From assembly GCA_003193925.1 (NCBI GenBank), contig PSPG01000002.1:32001-96000 (forward strand): a DNA stretch of 64,000 bases, given 5' to 3'. Of the stretch, positions 28,333 through 38,180 are shown piece after piece (within the stretch, counting starts at the first letter, position 1; every line of letters begins with the position of its first letter). The notes below the pieces were generated by a model. It did not search any database. It was not told the origin of the DNA and saw only the letters and a list, made by a program, of their open reading frames with translations. Source of the stretch: Candidatus Thalassarchaeum betae (GTDB lineage: Archaea; Thermoplasmatota; Poseidoniia; Poseidoniales; Thalassarchaeaceae). The position numbers and the translations under genes are program-made.

Positions 28333-28820
28333 TCTGACTTGTCGCGATAGTGTATCTCGATGACGTCGTTGTTCTTCATCGCGTGGCTGCCGTACTCATC
28401 GTTGAGCTCCCCATTGACGTACATGACGACCTCGCTGTCCTCGTCGGCGACGCTGTTGAGGATCTGGTTCTCGTTGAACGTCTCGCCCCAGATATCGAAG
28501 AAAGCTCCTACTGGGGCCTCCATCGTCCGAGGAGTCTCTATGTGCAGTTTGCCAGTGCCGTCGTGAGTGTGAATGCCCCTCAAGCCGTCACAGGAAGCGT
28601 CGTCGATGCCGATTTCCGCAGCTATTGCGACCTCGGAGCCGTCGAGAAATATCCTGAGAGTAGAGTGTTCGTGGGAGACCAACTCGTTGTGACCGGCGAG
28701 GCAGACATCGACGATCTCCCAGTCTTCATCGACCAGCGCATTGGGGGAGAACACCACCACTGCGAAGAATGCCGCGGTCATCACAGCGGCCCCGACCATC
28801 AGCCATGACTCTGATTTCAC
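28329..28820 (-). CDS. membrane-anchored protein with HEH/HTHD/HIE His motifs and a beta-grasp-like C-terminus
   Basis: N-terminal TM, HEH, IHTHDGTGKLHIE, YVNGE; start uncertain. Confidence 0.7.
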   Translation of the reverse strand: MKSESWLMVGAAVMTAAFFAVVVFSPNALVDEDWEIVDVCLAGHNELVSHEHSTLRIFLDGSEVAIAAEIGIDDASCDGLRGIHTHDGTGKLHIETPRTMEAPVGAFFDIWGETFNENQILNSVADEDSEVVMYVNGELNDEYGSHAMKNNDVIEIHYRDKSD

Positions 28821-28871
28821 GCTAGGCGCACAGAGGCAGTCGTCTTGAACCATGAGGCTCCGCATTCGCCC

Positions 28872-29501
28872 ATGCCAGAGCCCGGAGCGGTTCCCGAGTA
28901 CTGGGAGGAGGCGAAGGCGAGGTTGTCCCGGACAGACCCCGTCCTAGCCGGGGTGATCACATCGCGCGAGGAGTCGGTGCTGACCTCGCGGGGGGACATG
29001 TTCCTCACGTTGACGGGCTCGATCATCAGCCAGCAGATCTCCACGAAGGCCGCCAAGTCGGTCTGGTCGAGATTCGAGGGGCTGGTGGGAGAGGTCACCC
29101 CCCGGTCCATCCTGTCGCACTCGCACGAGGAATTGCGGGGCTGCGGGATGTCCGGGCGCAAGGCGGAGTACATCGGCGGCATCGCCGAGGCGTGGACCAG
29201 CGGCTACGAAGACATCCTCTGGGAGGCGCTGAGCGACGAGGAGGCTTCGGAGAGGTTGATTGCTCTGAGGGGTGTGGGAGTCTGGACTTGCGAGATGATC
29301 CTGATCTTCACACTGCTCCGCCCCGACGTCTTCCCTGTTGGTGACGTCGGAGTCGTACGGGCCATGGAGATGATGTACAACGACGGCGAGGAGATGAGTA
29401 CGGAGGATCTGCTCGGCAAGGCCGAGGGGTGGAGGCCCTGGAGGACCGTTGCGACGTGGTACCTGTGGCGTAGCATAGACCCGGAGCCGGTGCAGTACTG
29501 A
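28872..29501 (+). CDS. DNA-3-methyladenine glycosylase (AlkA/HhH-GPD)
   Basis: IISQQIS, LRGVGVWT, FPVGD, WRPWR. Confidence 0.92.
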   Translation: MPEPGAVPEYWEEAKARLSRTDPVLAGVITSREESVLTSRGDMFLTLTGSIISQQISTKAAKSVWSRFEGLVGEVTPRSILSHSHEELRGCGMSGRKAEYIGGIAEAWTSGYEDILWEALSDEEASERLIALRGVGVWTCEMILIFTLLRPDVFPVGDVGVVRAMEMMYNDGEEMSTEDLLGKAEGWRPWRTVATWYLWRSIDPEPVQY

Positions 29502-29672
29502 TCACATGCAGTATCCGCGCTTTGGCTGGTCGGGGATGGACGGGGCCGCTCCCGACTGAACGCCGTCGGCCTCCTCCATGATGATCGTCAGCAGTGTGTT
29601 GACGAGCGCTTTGAGGTCCTCGACCTCGTCCCTGAGCTCTTCCACCCCACTGGCTTCGCTGTCCTCGGGCAT
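29502..29672 (-). CDS. small coiled-coil hypothetical protein (56 aa)
   Basis: VEELRDEVEDLKALVNTLLTIIME; upstream TTTATA box. Confidence 0.6.
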   Translation of the reverse strand: MPEDSEASGVEELRDEVEDLKALVNTLLTIIMEEADGVQSGAAPSIPDQPKRGYCM

Positions 29673-29795
29673 CCGCGCATCCCATCCGAGGAATCGCTTC
29701 CTCAAGGCGGCGAGCGCCGTCCTGTGGCCTATAAACACGGGAGGTTTGGCGTAAGCGGAAGTGGCGGTTCCGCGGGGCCGCGCGAAGGGCCGGAC

Positions 29796-32700
29796 TCACT
29801 CGCCGCCGTCTTCCTCGCCTGCCTCGTCGTCGCCGTCCCACGAGTCGTCTTCGTAGTAGCCCCCTTCGTCATCGTCGTAGTAGAAGTCCTCGCTGTCGCG
29901 GCCTCGCATCATGAACATCGCGATGCCTAGGACAGCGAGTAACAAGACCCCTCCGATCAGCAACATCTGCGAGCTCTCGCCTCCCTCGTCCTCGGTTGGC
30001 GGAGGCTGCACGTTGATCCCGGTGATAGGCTGGTAGGGGTTGTCGAAGTCACCGTTGACGATCAGGTACAGGTTGGGCTGTCCCGGCTGCCACGACTCCC
30101 ACCGGAACTCGGCGTGGACGCTCGAGCTCTCGGCAGGCAGTAACAGCATGATATCGCCATTAGTCGCCGTCGAGAGTGACATCCTCCACTGGCCGTCGAC
30201 CAGCTCGTAGAGGCCGACTTGGAGTTCTCCTTCCCTCTTCCCTTGGTTCTCCCAGAATGTCTCGATGGTCAGGATTTCTCCCTGCAGCGGCGTCTGGGTC
30301 GGGTTGATGACAGCGCGCGTGTACTGGCCGAGGAACTCCATGATCCTCATGGTGACCTGCCTAGGGGCGACTTCGCTGGCGGCTCCGACGATCTCGTTGC
30401 CGGACTTGTCGGTGGAAGTCACCCAGAACCAGATGTAGTCCCCAGACTCCACCCTCATGCCATTCAGCGGATTGAGGTCGAGGACGGATTGGTAGACGTC
30501 GTTGGTGTCACCGTCGGAGATCATCACGAGCTCCCCTGTTACCTCCGTGCCGGGCACCGGCGCGTTGTCCCTGACATAAACCCAAGCGACCTGCAGCGGG
30601 CCGTCGACCATGCCGATCTCGTCGACCATGGTCACGGTCACGGTCACGTCGTCCAGCATATCGGAGTCGAGGATCGTCAGTGACGAGTCCGGGTACTCAG
30701 CCATGTTGAACAGAACCTGCGGTGACTTGCTGTCCACGACCACCGAGGCGTCGCTGTTCACACCCGAAGAGCCCGCCCCAGGCACGTTCAGCACGGTGGT
30801 CGTCACTACCATCTCCGGGTTCAGCGGCACTCTGGCAGGCAGAACCATCGATCCCATGAAGGTGCCATCTGGTTCTACATCGACCACGATGTCGATCTCC
30901 TGGGTTCCGTAGATCACCTCGATCTCGACTTGCAGATCGTCAGGGATCTCGCTCGCGACGACTTGGGAGCCTGAGTAGTAGATAGTGCCCTCCATCAGGA
31001 ATTCGTCACCCTGCCTAAGGTACAGTGTGTGCCCCACAGCTTCGATTTGAGGCGGAGTGAGGTCCTGCATCGAGTCCGGGACCGCCATGAAATTGTTGTC
31101 AAGATCCCAAGTCAGCTCGCCTATGTTGTTCTGGTAAGCCACGGTGCTCAGGTCATCCTCGATGCTGATGCTGGGCTTGCACCCCAACTGTCCTTCTGCC
31201 CACGGGTAATCCCATGAGAGCTTGAATCCGAGACTGAGCTGGGTTATCGCCGACGTCACCTCGGCGGTCTGGGCGCTCAACGGGGAGACCATGCTGTCAT
31301 CGGCGGTCCACAGGGTCCCCCTCGATGGGTCGTAGGTGAACTTGCCGAGGTTGGACGGACCGTCACCGCAGAGCATGATGGTGACGTTGTCCAGTGTGTG
31401 TATCCCGTTGAGCTCGTCGATCTGCATGGTGAAGGTGTGTGGGACCCCAGCGAGCAGGTAGCCGAGCTCGCGGTCGAGATCGAAACCAGTCGGGACGATG
31501 TTGGTGGGCTCGTCGGTGGCGATCACTACGGTGGACCAGGCGTTCTCGGCACCCGGACCCCCCCCGGTACCTCCGTCCTGGTAGGAGTAACCTGCCCAGT
31601 CTGTGCCCTCGATGTACATGTGGACCATGCTGTTGAAGGGCAGTGCCGCGACGTCGATGCCGACGAATTGCACCTGCTGCTGGCCCGTCATGCCAGAAGT
31701 CAGAGGCTGCTGCTGGGACAGGTACTCGTCCTCGTCAGCGATACCGTCCATGTTCACGTCGTCGACGGTCTCGCGCCAGTAGCGCAGGGCGATGATCTCG
31801 CCTCGGGCCTCTGCCTCATCTATGGTGACGAACACCGTGAGGGGGTTCTGGGGCTCCCACACCTTGCCGTGCGCTGGCTGCAGGCCGATTGCGGTATTGA
31901 CCTCTATCGGTCCGGCGGTCGGCGGGTTGGAATCGACCCTGATGATGACCTGCTGCGCGAGGCCGGTCACGTCCTCGGCCCCGGTGGACGAGCCGGAGGG
32001 GCCGACGGTGAGCATCATCGGAGAAAGCGTCAGCTCGGTGAGAGAGGCCGGCGGAGCGATTGTACCAGCGTATCCGCCTCCCTCTTCCGAGGCTAGGGCG
32101 AACAGGTTGCCAGACAGGTTCAGTCCGACTGAGTAGTCACCGGAGTCGGGTCGCCTGTCGGTCGAGTCCTGGAAGCGGACGGTTCCGGTGACGTTCACCT
32201 GACCGCCATCCATGATCGGGAACGGGTAGAACGGCGAGAACAGGTTGGACAGTAGTCTTCCGGACTCGTCCCGAACCTCGAACGAGTCGACCTGCAGATC
32301 GTTCTCGACCGCTTTGGCGCCGGACTGGCCGCTGAAGGACACAGCAGGCCACACAGTCTCCCCCGTCGAGTCGAATGCCTGGGCGACCCAGCGAATGCTG
32401 TCGACATCGTCCCAGTTCCAGCTGATATCGAACATCCAATGCACTGCCACGTCGGTCCAACCGTCGTTGTCCACGACGTTGTCGATGTAGCTCGACGTCT
32501 CGTCCAGCATAGCGGAGTTGCTTCCTGAGGGCTGGCTGAACAGCACGGGTACCGAGGAGTCCCAGTCGGCCATCGGGTCCTTGGTGACCTCGAACTCGAG
32601 TATCTCCCCGTCCGAGGCGGTTCCCCTCAGTGTGATCTTCACAATCTCGGAGTTGTCGTACAGGTGATGGTGCATGGTGGTGATCTCAACGAGCTCTCGG

Positions 32701-35700
32701 TCGGGGTACAACGTGTTGGGGACCTGGAAGTCTCGGTTGGTCATGATGTAGTCGTAGTCCAAGTCGCCGTCGATGGATATCGAACCCATGTCCGCGGAGA
32801 CGTTCACGGGTATCGAGACCTCTTCAGGAGGTGGGTCGTCCTGAGTCTGCGAGTCGTGGTAGGCTGCGACGGATGTGGCTAGCCCGGAGACGTTCTCGAA
32901 GATCATGTAGCCGATACCCAGACGCGTCAGAGTCACGATCTGTGCGGTGCTGGAGTCGATGGTCAGCGTGACCTCCCTCCACTGCCTGCCGGTGTCGGGG
33001 TCGGTGTGGCTACCTGGCAGTGAGTTGATAGCCAGAATCTGAGCGCTGTCCAACATGTTGTGGAACAAAACGTCTCCCGAGCCACTCGACTGAGAGGCGC
33101 TGCCGATCGATACCGAGACGGGCGCGTCGAAGCCGTCGGAGTCCGGTGCGATGGAGATGATCCCCGCATTGACCACGCCGGCTGCGGGAATCCGCAGCGT
33201 CATCGTCGAAGGCGCGAAATCGCCGATGCTGACGGTGGTGCTGGTCACCGTGCTGCCCATTCCGGAGAGCATCGACTGCCAGCCGTAGTGGCCGTAGTCG
33301 TCGCCCATCGGGAAGCTCCATTCGTGGGTCTCGTCGCCGAGCACGTCGATTTCCGGATTGAGCGCTGGTTCGGCGAAGATCGCGGTCAGCACCATCTTGT
33401 CGATCCAACCGTTGGTCGGAAGCGATATCGAGACGCCGAAGCCAGGTTGTGGGTAGGTGAAGGCGAGGCCGCCCTGGGACATGGTGCCCAGAGTTCCGCC
33501 CGAGGGGCCGAGGAGATTGATTACCAGACCACTGGAGAAGTTCCCGGAGAGCCCGACGCTCTTGATTGGCCTCGAGGAGTGGAGGTAGTCCGAGCTGATG
33601 GTGCCTGCGACTCCGGTGGCGTTGAGCAGCCCGTCGATCAGACTGACGCTGGCGCTGAAGTCCCAGCCATTGCCCTCCAGTGCGGCGGCGCTGAGCACCC
33701 TCTTGCCACCGATGTGGATCTTCATGACCCGAGGGGTCTCCTCCTCGTTGTTCGTGTCCATGTGAAGCTCCAGCCGCATCTGTGGCGTCGTCGTGGTGTC
33801 GACGCCCGCCAGGGAGATTGGGAATGACACATTGGAGTAACCGGGCACGACCTCGCCGGTGTAGGTGTCTATGAGCGAGGCGCGGACCCAGGTATCGGGT
33901 GATATCGATGCGTCGATGTCGATGAATCCGAGGTTGAAGTCGTGGATGTCGGAGGCATCGAAGACGGGGCTCAGCCAACTCCCTCCGTTTCCGTAGTTGG
34001 CGATACGGACCCCGACGTTATCGAGATACCAGCCGCCGTAGTTCCAGATCGTGTCCGAGCCGCCGTGGAACCTGAAGCGCACGTTGTCCCCAGCGTACTG
34101 CGCGAGGCTGGCCTCCTTGCTATCCCAAGTAGTGTCTGTGACTGTGTAGGATGCTCCTGCACCAGTACACTTTACTGGACCAAAGTAGTTCGAGCCGGTC
34201 GGGATGGCAGTGTAGCCACCGATTCCGGTGTGGGGGTAGAAGCCGCTGCCGGGGTCCCAATAGTTCCAACTGCCACCGTTGACCTGGATGAAGATGCCAG
34301 CGCCATCCCAGTAGGCCTCGAAGCACGCCCAGTGATCGAAGACCATGGTGGCACTCGAATTGGCGGGGAGGCTGTACGTCGGCGAGTACAGATTGGCATT
34401 GAGATTGCTGCCGTATGGCCCAGCTAGATTGATCGCCATGGCGTATGGAAAAGACGGTTCGTCATTGCCCGCCCCTGAGGACGAGGTAACCTGACCGTAT
34501 GACCACTTGTTGGTGTTCGAACCGGTGCTGGGGCTCCTGGTCCAACCTGACGGCATGGATGTGGAGGGACTGCTGGCTGTCGAGTCCTCGAAGCCTTTGA
34601 GGATGTCCTGGCCCCCGCTCACGAAGACGTAGTGGTCCCAGTCGTCGACTCCAGCCTGGGTGTTGGATGACGGGTTGGGCCAGACCGCGCCGTAGTGGTA
34701 CATCGAGGTGGTGGTCTCTAGGTCGTCCTCGAACAACACGTTGCCAGAGCCGTCGACGATGCGGATTTCGTCGACGGTCAGGCCCTCGAGGTCATCGGCG
34801 TAGTTGCCGCCGTATTGGGGGATGAAAGAGTCAGAGTCGACGATGAACCGGATGTGGACGTTGGCCTGGTTCTGGAACGAGGTAGGGATGTCGAAGGAGA
34901 CGGTCCTGATCCCGTTGCTCTCGTCACCGCTCACTCCGTCGTAGCCGCTGACGCCCGGAATCGCTCCGGCCCTGTCCTCGCAGTTGTAGGCGGTGCTGGA
35001 GCCGGAGGACGAGATGTCGATCCATGTGTTGTTGTTCAGAGAGAGCTCTACGCAGGCGTTGTCCGAGTACGAGCCGGCCAAGTCCCATTCCATGTCGACC
35101 TCGATCTCGTGGGTGCTGTTGGTCCCGGTCAGGTTGAGCGTTCTCTGCAGGGCGCCGTACTGGTTCGCAGAGTAGGTGCAGGTGGAGCCGGGTGCGTAGC
35201 AGCCGCCATGCCAGGCGCCGAACTCGGTGCCATCGTTGTGGAAGTCGAAGTTGTCGAGGAACCACCCTGGCCTCTCGTTGGTTGAATTGGGGTCGGTCCA
35301 GATGTGGAACCTGAACTGCACCTTGCTGGCGTTTTCGATGTCCGGTATCGACGACAGCGAAATGTTGCTGCTGACCCAACCGCTGTAGGTCGGCGAGGCG
35401 AACACCGGGACCGCCCCGGTGGATGGCGCTCCCTCCGGGGTCGGGGCGCTGGTCGACATGGTGCTCGGGTAGCCGCCGTCAGGCGCGATGTAGGACCAGT
35501 TGGTCCAGCTGCTGGTGACCATCCTGTACTCGACCCATGCCCCATCCCCGCCGCCGGCGGCGGTGCTGTCGAGATGGTACCAATGGTCGAAGGTCATGTA
35601 GTAGCCGTTGACGTCCTCGTCATCCGGGACGTCGACCTGAGGCAGCTGGAAGTAGCCAGAGGACCCTGCGGGCACGGGCGAGCCGGGCATGGTGCCGACG

Positions 35701-36521
35701 GCGACTATGCCTTCGGCGGCAGATGCTGGGACCACCCCGTGAGACAGCGTCTGCGTGTCACCGTATATGGTTCCGTTCAGATCGGTGAAAGTGGTAGCCC
35801 CCCAGAGCTTGTGCTGATGGCAGAGGTACGTCTGATTGGAGATCTCATTGGTGTCCAGCTGATTGTCGCCATCGAGGTTGAGTCCCGCCTTCATCAGGTT
35901 GCCGCCGTAGGTGCAGTTGGTGGAACCGGCGGACACTGGGAAGAAGGAGAACAGGTAGTACACAGTGGTGCCATTCACCACTGCGTCGCAGAAGTACTCG
36001 GTCCACAGCACCTCGTCGCTGTCGAGGTTCTGGTCGAAGTCGCTGTCCCAGCCGCGCTCGAGGGAACTGCCGTTATCGCCGTTGCAGGCTGAGAGGCCAG
36101 AGGAGACGTATGTCGTGGCGTAGACGTGCCTCCAGCCGGGGGAGTACTTGTAGACGCTGTTCAGGTTCACGGTGATTTCGCCCTCGTCGAAGGTGCTTAT
36201 GTTGGATCTGGTCCCGTCGTCCTCCAACCTAATCTCCTCCTCGAGGAGTTCGGTGCCGTAGAAGGTCCCCGACGAGAAGTCAGTGCCTTCCCAGACTATC
36301 CCATCGTCGAGCGAGGTCGCCATTGGGGAGTCGGTCACATGGAGCCACCCGTCTAGGATGGTAGCGTTCCCTGGCACCCTGAACCCGGTCAGGGTGACAG
36401 CATCGCCCTGGGGGTTGACCGAGGTCGGTCCGACCCAGCTGGCGTTCCCTGCAGCGGCAATTGGTGCTAGAAGCATCAGGAGCACGAGGACCCCTGCGAG
36501 TCTCTTGCGCTCGGCTGGCAT
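29796..36521 (-). CDS. giant surface-anchored protein (about 2240 aa) with jelly-roll repeats
   Basis: Signal peptide, Cys/DxDxD repeats, three FRF...GWxxD-type sandwich domains, C-terminal TM and acidic tail. Confidence 0.9.
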   Translation of the reverse strand: MPAERKRLAGVLVLLMLLAPIAAAGNASWVGPTSVNPQGDAVTLTGFRVPGNATILDGWLHVTDSPMATSLDDGIVWEGTDFSSGTFYGTELLEEEIRLEDDGTRSNISTFDEGEITVNLNSVYKYSPGWRHVYATTYVSSGLSACNGDNGSSLERGWDSDFDQNLDSDEVLWTEYFCDAVVNGTTVYYLFSFFPVSAGSTNCTYGGNLMKAGLNLDGDNQLDTNEISNQTYLCHQHKLWGATTFTDLNGTIYGDTQTLSHGVVPASAAEGIVAVGTMPGSPVPAGSSGYFQLPQVDVPDDEDVNGYYMTFDHWYHLDSTAAGGGDGAWVEYRMVTSSWTNWSYIAPDGGYPSTMSTSAPTPEGAPSTGAVPVFASPTYSGWVSSNISLSSIPDIENASKVQFRFHIWTDPNSTNERPGWFLDNFDFHNDGTEFGAWHGGCYAPGSTCTYSANQYGALQRTLNLTGTNSTHEIEVDMEWDLAGSYSDNACVELSLNNNTWIDISSSGSSTAYNCEDRAGAIPGVSGYDGVSGDESNGIRTVSFDIPTSFQNQANVHIRFIVDSDSFIPQYGGNYADDLEGLTVDEIRIVDGSGNVLFEDDLETTTSMYHYGAVWPNPSSNTQAGVDDWDHYVFVSGGQDILKGFEDSTASSPSTSMPSGWTRSPSTGSNTNKWSYGQVTSSSGAGNDEPSFPYAMAINLAGPYGSNLNANLYSPTYSLPANSSATMVFDHWACFEAYWDGAGIFIQVNGGSWNYWDPGSGFYPHTGIGGYTAIPTGSNYFGPVKCTGAGASYTVTDTTWDSKEASLAQYAGDNVRFRFHGGSDTIWNYGGWYLDNVGVRIANYGNGGSWLSPVFDASDIHDFNLGFIDIDASISPDTWVRASLIDTYTGEVVPGYSNVSFPISLAGVDTTTTPQMRLELHMDTNNEEETPRVMKIHIGGKRVLSAAALEGNGWDFSASVSLIDGLLNATGVAGTISSDYLHSSRPIKSVGLSGNFSSGLVINLLGPSGGTLGTMSQGGLAFTYPQPGFGVSISLPTNGWIDKMVLTAIFAEPALNPEIDVLGDETHEWSFPMGDDYGHYGWQSMLSGMGSTVTSTTVSIGDFAPSTMTLRIPAAGVVNAGIISIAPDSDGFDAPVSVSIGSASQSSGSGDVLFHNMLDSAQILAINSLPGSHTDPDTGRQWREVTLTIDSSTAQIVTLTRLGIGYMIFENVSGLATSVAAYHDSQTQDDPPPEEVSIPVNVSADMGSISIDGDLDYDYIMTNRDFQVPNTLYPDRELVEITTMHHHLYDNSEIVKITLRGTASDGEILEFEVTKDPMADWDSSVPVLFSQPSGSNSAMLDETSSYIDNVVDNDGWTDVAVHWMFDISWNWDDVDSIRWVAQAFDSTGETVWPAVSFSGQSGAKAVENDLQVDSFEVRDESGRLLSNLFSPFYPFPIMDGGQVNVTGTVRFQDSTDRRPDSGDYSVGLNLSGNLFALASEEGGGYAGTIAPPASLTELTLSPMMLTVGPSGSSTGAEDVTGLAQQVIIRVDSNPPTAGPIEVNTAIGLQPAHGKVWEPQNPLTVFVTIDEAEARGEIIALRYWRETVDDVNMDGIADEDEYLSQQQPLTSGMTGQQQVQFVGIDVAALPFNSMVHMYIEGTDWAGYSYQDGGTGGGPGAENAWSTVVIATDEPTNIVPTGFDLDRELGYLLAGVPHTFTMQIDELNGIHTLDNVTIMLCGDGPSNLGKFTYDPSRGTLWTADDSMVSPLSAQTAEVTSAITQLSLGFKLSWDYPWAEGQLGCKPSISIEDDLSTVAYQNNIGELTWDLDNNFMAVPDSMQDLTPPQIEAVGHTLYLRQGDEFLMEGTIYYSGSQVVASEIPDDLQVEIEVIYGTQEIDIVVDVEPDGTFMGSMVLPARVPLNPEMVVTTTVLNVPGAGSSGVNSDASVVVDSKSPQVLFNMAEYPDSSLTILDSDMLDDVTVTVTMVDEIGMVDGPLQVAWVYVRDNAPVPGTEVTGELVMISDGDTNDVYQSVLDLNPLNGMRVESGDYIWFWVTSTDKSGNEIVGAASEVAPRQVTMRIMEFLGQYTRAVINPTQTPLQGEILTIETFWENQGKREGELQVGLYELVDGQWRMSLSTATNGDIMLLLPAESSSVHAEFRWESWQPGQPNLYLIVNGDFDNPYQPITGINVQPPPTEDEGGESSQMLLIGGVLLLAVLGIAMFMMRGRDSEDFYYDDDEGGYYEDDSWDGDDEAGEEDGGE

Positions 36522-36636
36522 GTACCGCACGTCGGTTGCAAGTATTATGAATGAATTGGTCCTGTTCTACGAACAGCTGGCTCTGGGCTGGATTTCATCC
36601 CGAACCCCCGCTGTGCTGCAGCCGTTCGGGGTTCGA

Positions 36637-36711
36637 TGGAGCCACTGGGGGGAATTGAACCCCCGACCTTCGCCTTACCAAGGCGACGCTATACCCCTAA
36701 GCCACAGTGGC
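36637..36711 (-). tRNA. tRNA-Thr(GGU)
   Basis: Reverse complement GCCACTG...TCGCC-TTGGTAA-GGCGA...GGTTCAATTCC...CAGTGGC-T-CCA. Confidence 0.96.
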
Positions 36712-36819
36712 AGTGGAGGGCCATCGGTGGACTCGATTTAACCACTGCGGATTAGGCGGTTAGGAGGACGTGCGAGATGCAACAGGCTCAAGTCGAGGAT
36801 ATCGCTCGGTGACTCGCCT

Positions 36820-36905
36820 GCCGAGATCGCATAGCCCGGTATTGCGCATGACTGGAAATCATGTGGGATTTTCCCTCGGGAGTTCAAATCTCCCTCTCGG
36901 CGCCA
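36820..36905 (+). tRNA. tRNA-Ser(GGA)
   Basis: GCCGAGA...CATGA-CTGGAAA-TCATG, long variable arm GGGATTTTCCC, GTTCAAAT, TCTCGGC-G-CCA. Confidence 0.96.
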
Positions 36906-36955
36906 CTCCCCGCTATCGCCCCGGAAGTCGCTGAACCCGGCGCGTCCCTTATGCG

Positions 36956-38122
36956 GTGCCTCGATTCGCCGCATCCGTGGAAAGGGAAGTCGGCGGCTCC
37001 GCCATTGAGCGTGATTCAGATTCAGAACCGCTGCGGCTGACCGACGTCGAACTGCCATGGAGCTTCGCCGAGCGGGACGAGAGGCTCGCCTTGCTCGACA
37101 CATTCCTGGAGGATTTCGTATTTCACGCGGCTGTTATTAGGAGGCAGTGGGGATTGAGCGAGCTCACCTGCCTCGGGCTGGCCTTCGCCGGGATGGTGCT
37201 GGGAGCGTGGGACCTCGGGATAGGCGAGCTGGCCGGCGGGGGCGACTACAACCGCGTCGGGTTCAGCGGCTTCAGGAGCCTCGCCGACTTCTCCCTCATA
37301 CTGGCTCTCCTCTCGATGATAGCATGGGTGGGGGTGTTGATCACGTTGTGGTCGAGGTACCCGATTATGCGTGAGAATCTGGTTTACCTCGGAATCGCCA
37401 TGCTGGCAGTCCAGATGGGATCGATCAGCGCGCACGCCCAGTCGCCCGACTTCCCCTACGGGTCGGTCGCCAGGGACTGGGCCATGCTGGGAATGGCCAA
37501 TCTGGTGCTATTGTTCCTGTCTATCGTGGTCGTCCACCGTGCTGTGATAGAGACGCGTGACGTACACGTCGAGGAGCGTCACGCCCACCCGGACCCACGC
37601 GTGGTTCAGAAGGCCTGGAGGGACCACAGCCTGAGAGCGTGGAGTCTGAGTCTCGGCTCGTGGATGATACTCGTCAACCTCATGGCGTGGTCTGGGGCGC
37701 ATGCGATATCCGACCGGCCCCCGATAGAGGACTACAGCAATCTCGTGGTAGCGATGTTCGTCGTGACCGGTTTCCTCTCGGCCGGCTTCCTGATGCACAT
37801 CCTGTGGTTCCCGCAGTTCATGCTCGGTGCAGTAGAGGACCGGATACAGTCAGTCAGGGCTAGGGAGGTTGCGGGAGAGGTACCCGAGGCCAGCCCCAAG
37901 GCCGAGCAGGGCAGGTGCCCCATCTGCGGTGACGACACCCCTGCGGTCCGGCACGCCACAGGGAGGATCGAGGTACCGTGCACCTCCGATTGCTCGGGAC
38001 TGGGCAAGCCCGGCACCCCCTGCCCGGAATGCGACTCCCTGCTGCCTACGAGGATAGCGTGCCCGAGCTGCAGCTCGAACACGACTATAGTCAGTCAGTT
38101 CAGCAGATCAGAGGCGTGGTGA
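36956..38122 (+). CDS. polytopic membrane protein with Cys-rich C-terminal Zn ribbons
   Basis: About 6 TMs; CPIC, CTSDC, CPEC, CPSC; start uncertain. Confidence 0.8.
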   Translation: MPRFAASVEREVGGSAIERDSDSEPLRLTDVELPWSFAERDERLALLDTFLEDFVFHAAVIRRQWGLSELTCLGLAFAGMVLGAWDLGIGELAGGGDYNRVGFSGFRSLADFSLILALLSMIAWVGVLITLWSRYPIMRENLVYLGIAMLAVQMGSISAHAQSPDFPYGSVARDWAMLGMANLVLLFLSIVVVHRAVIETRDVHVEERHAHPDPRVVQKAWRDHSLRAWSLSLGSWMILVNLMAWSGAHAISDRPPIEDYSNLVVAMFVVTGFLSAGFLMHILWFPQFMLGAVEDRIQSVRAREVAGEVPEASPKAEQGRCPICGDDTPAVRHATGRIEVPCTSDCSGLGKPGTPCPECDSLLPTRIACPSCSSNTTIVSQFSRSEAW

Positions 38123-38180
38123 GCTCACCGACCCGACCGCGGGTGACGAGCATTGAAGGGTCGCGCGTCCCCGATGGAGC

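Noticed and set aside
16250-36905. Possible tRNA-anchored genomic island
   Set aside because: No integrase or duplicated tRNA 3' end seen, and the interval contains core genes (alaS, rtcB)
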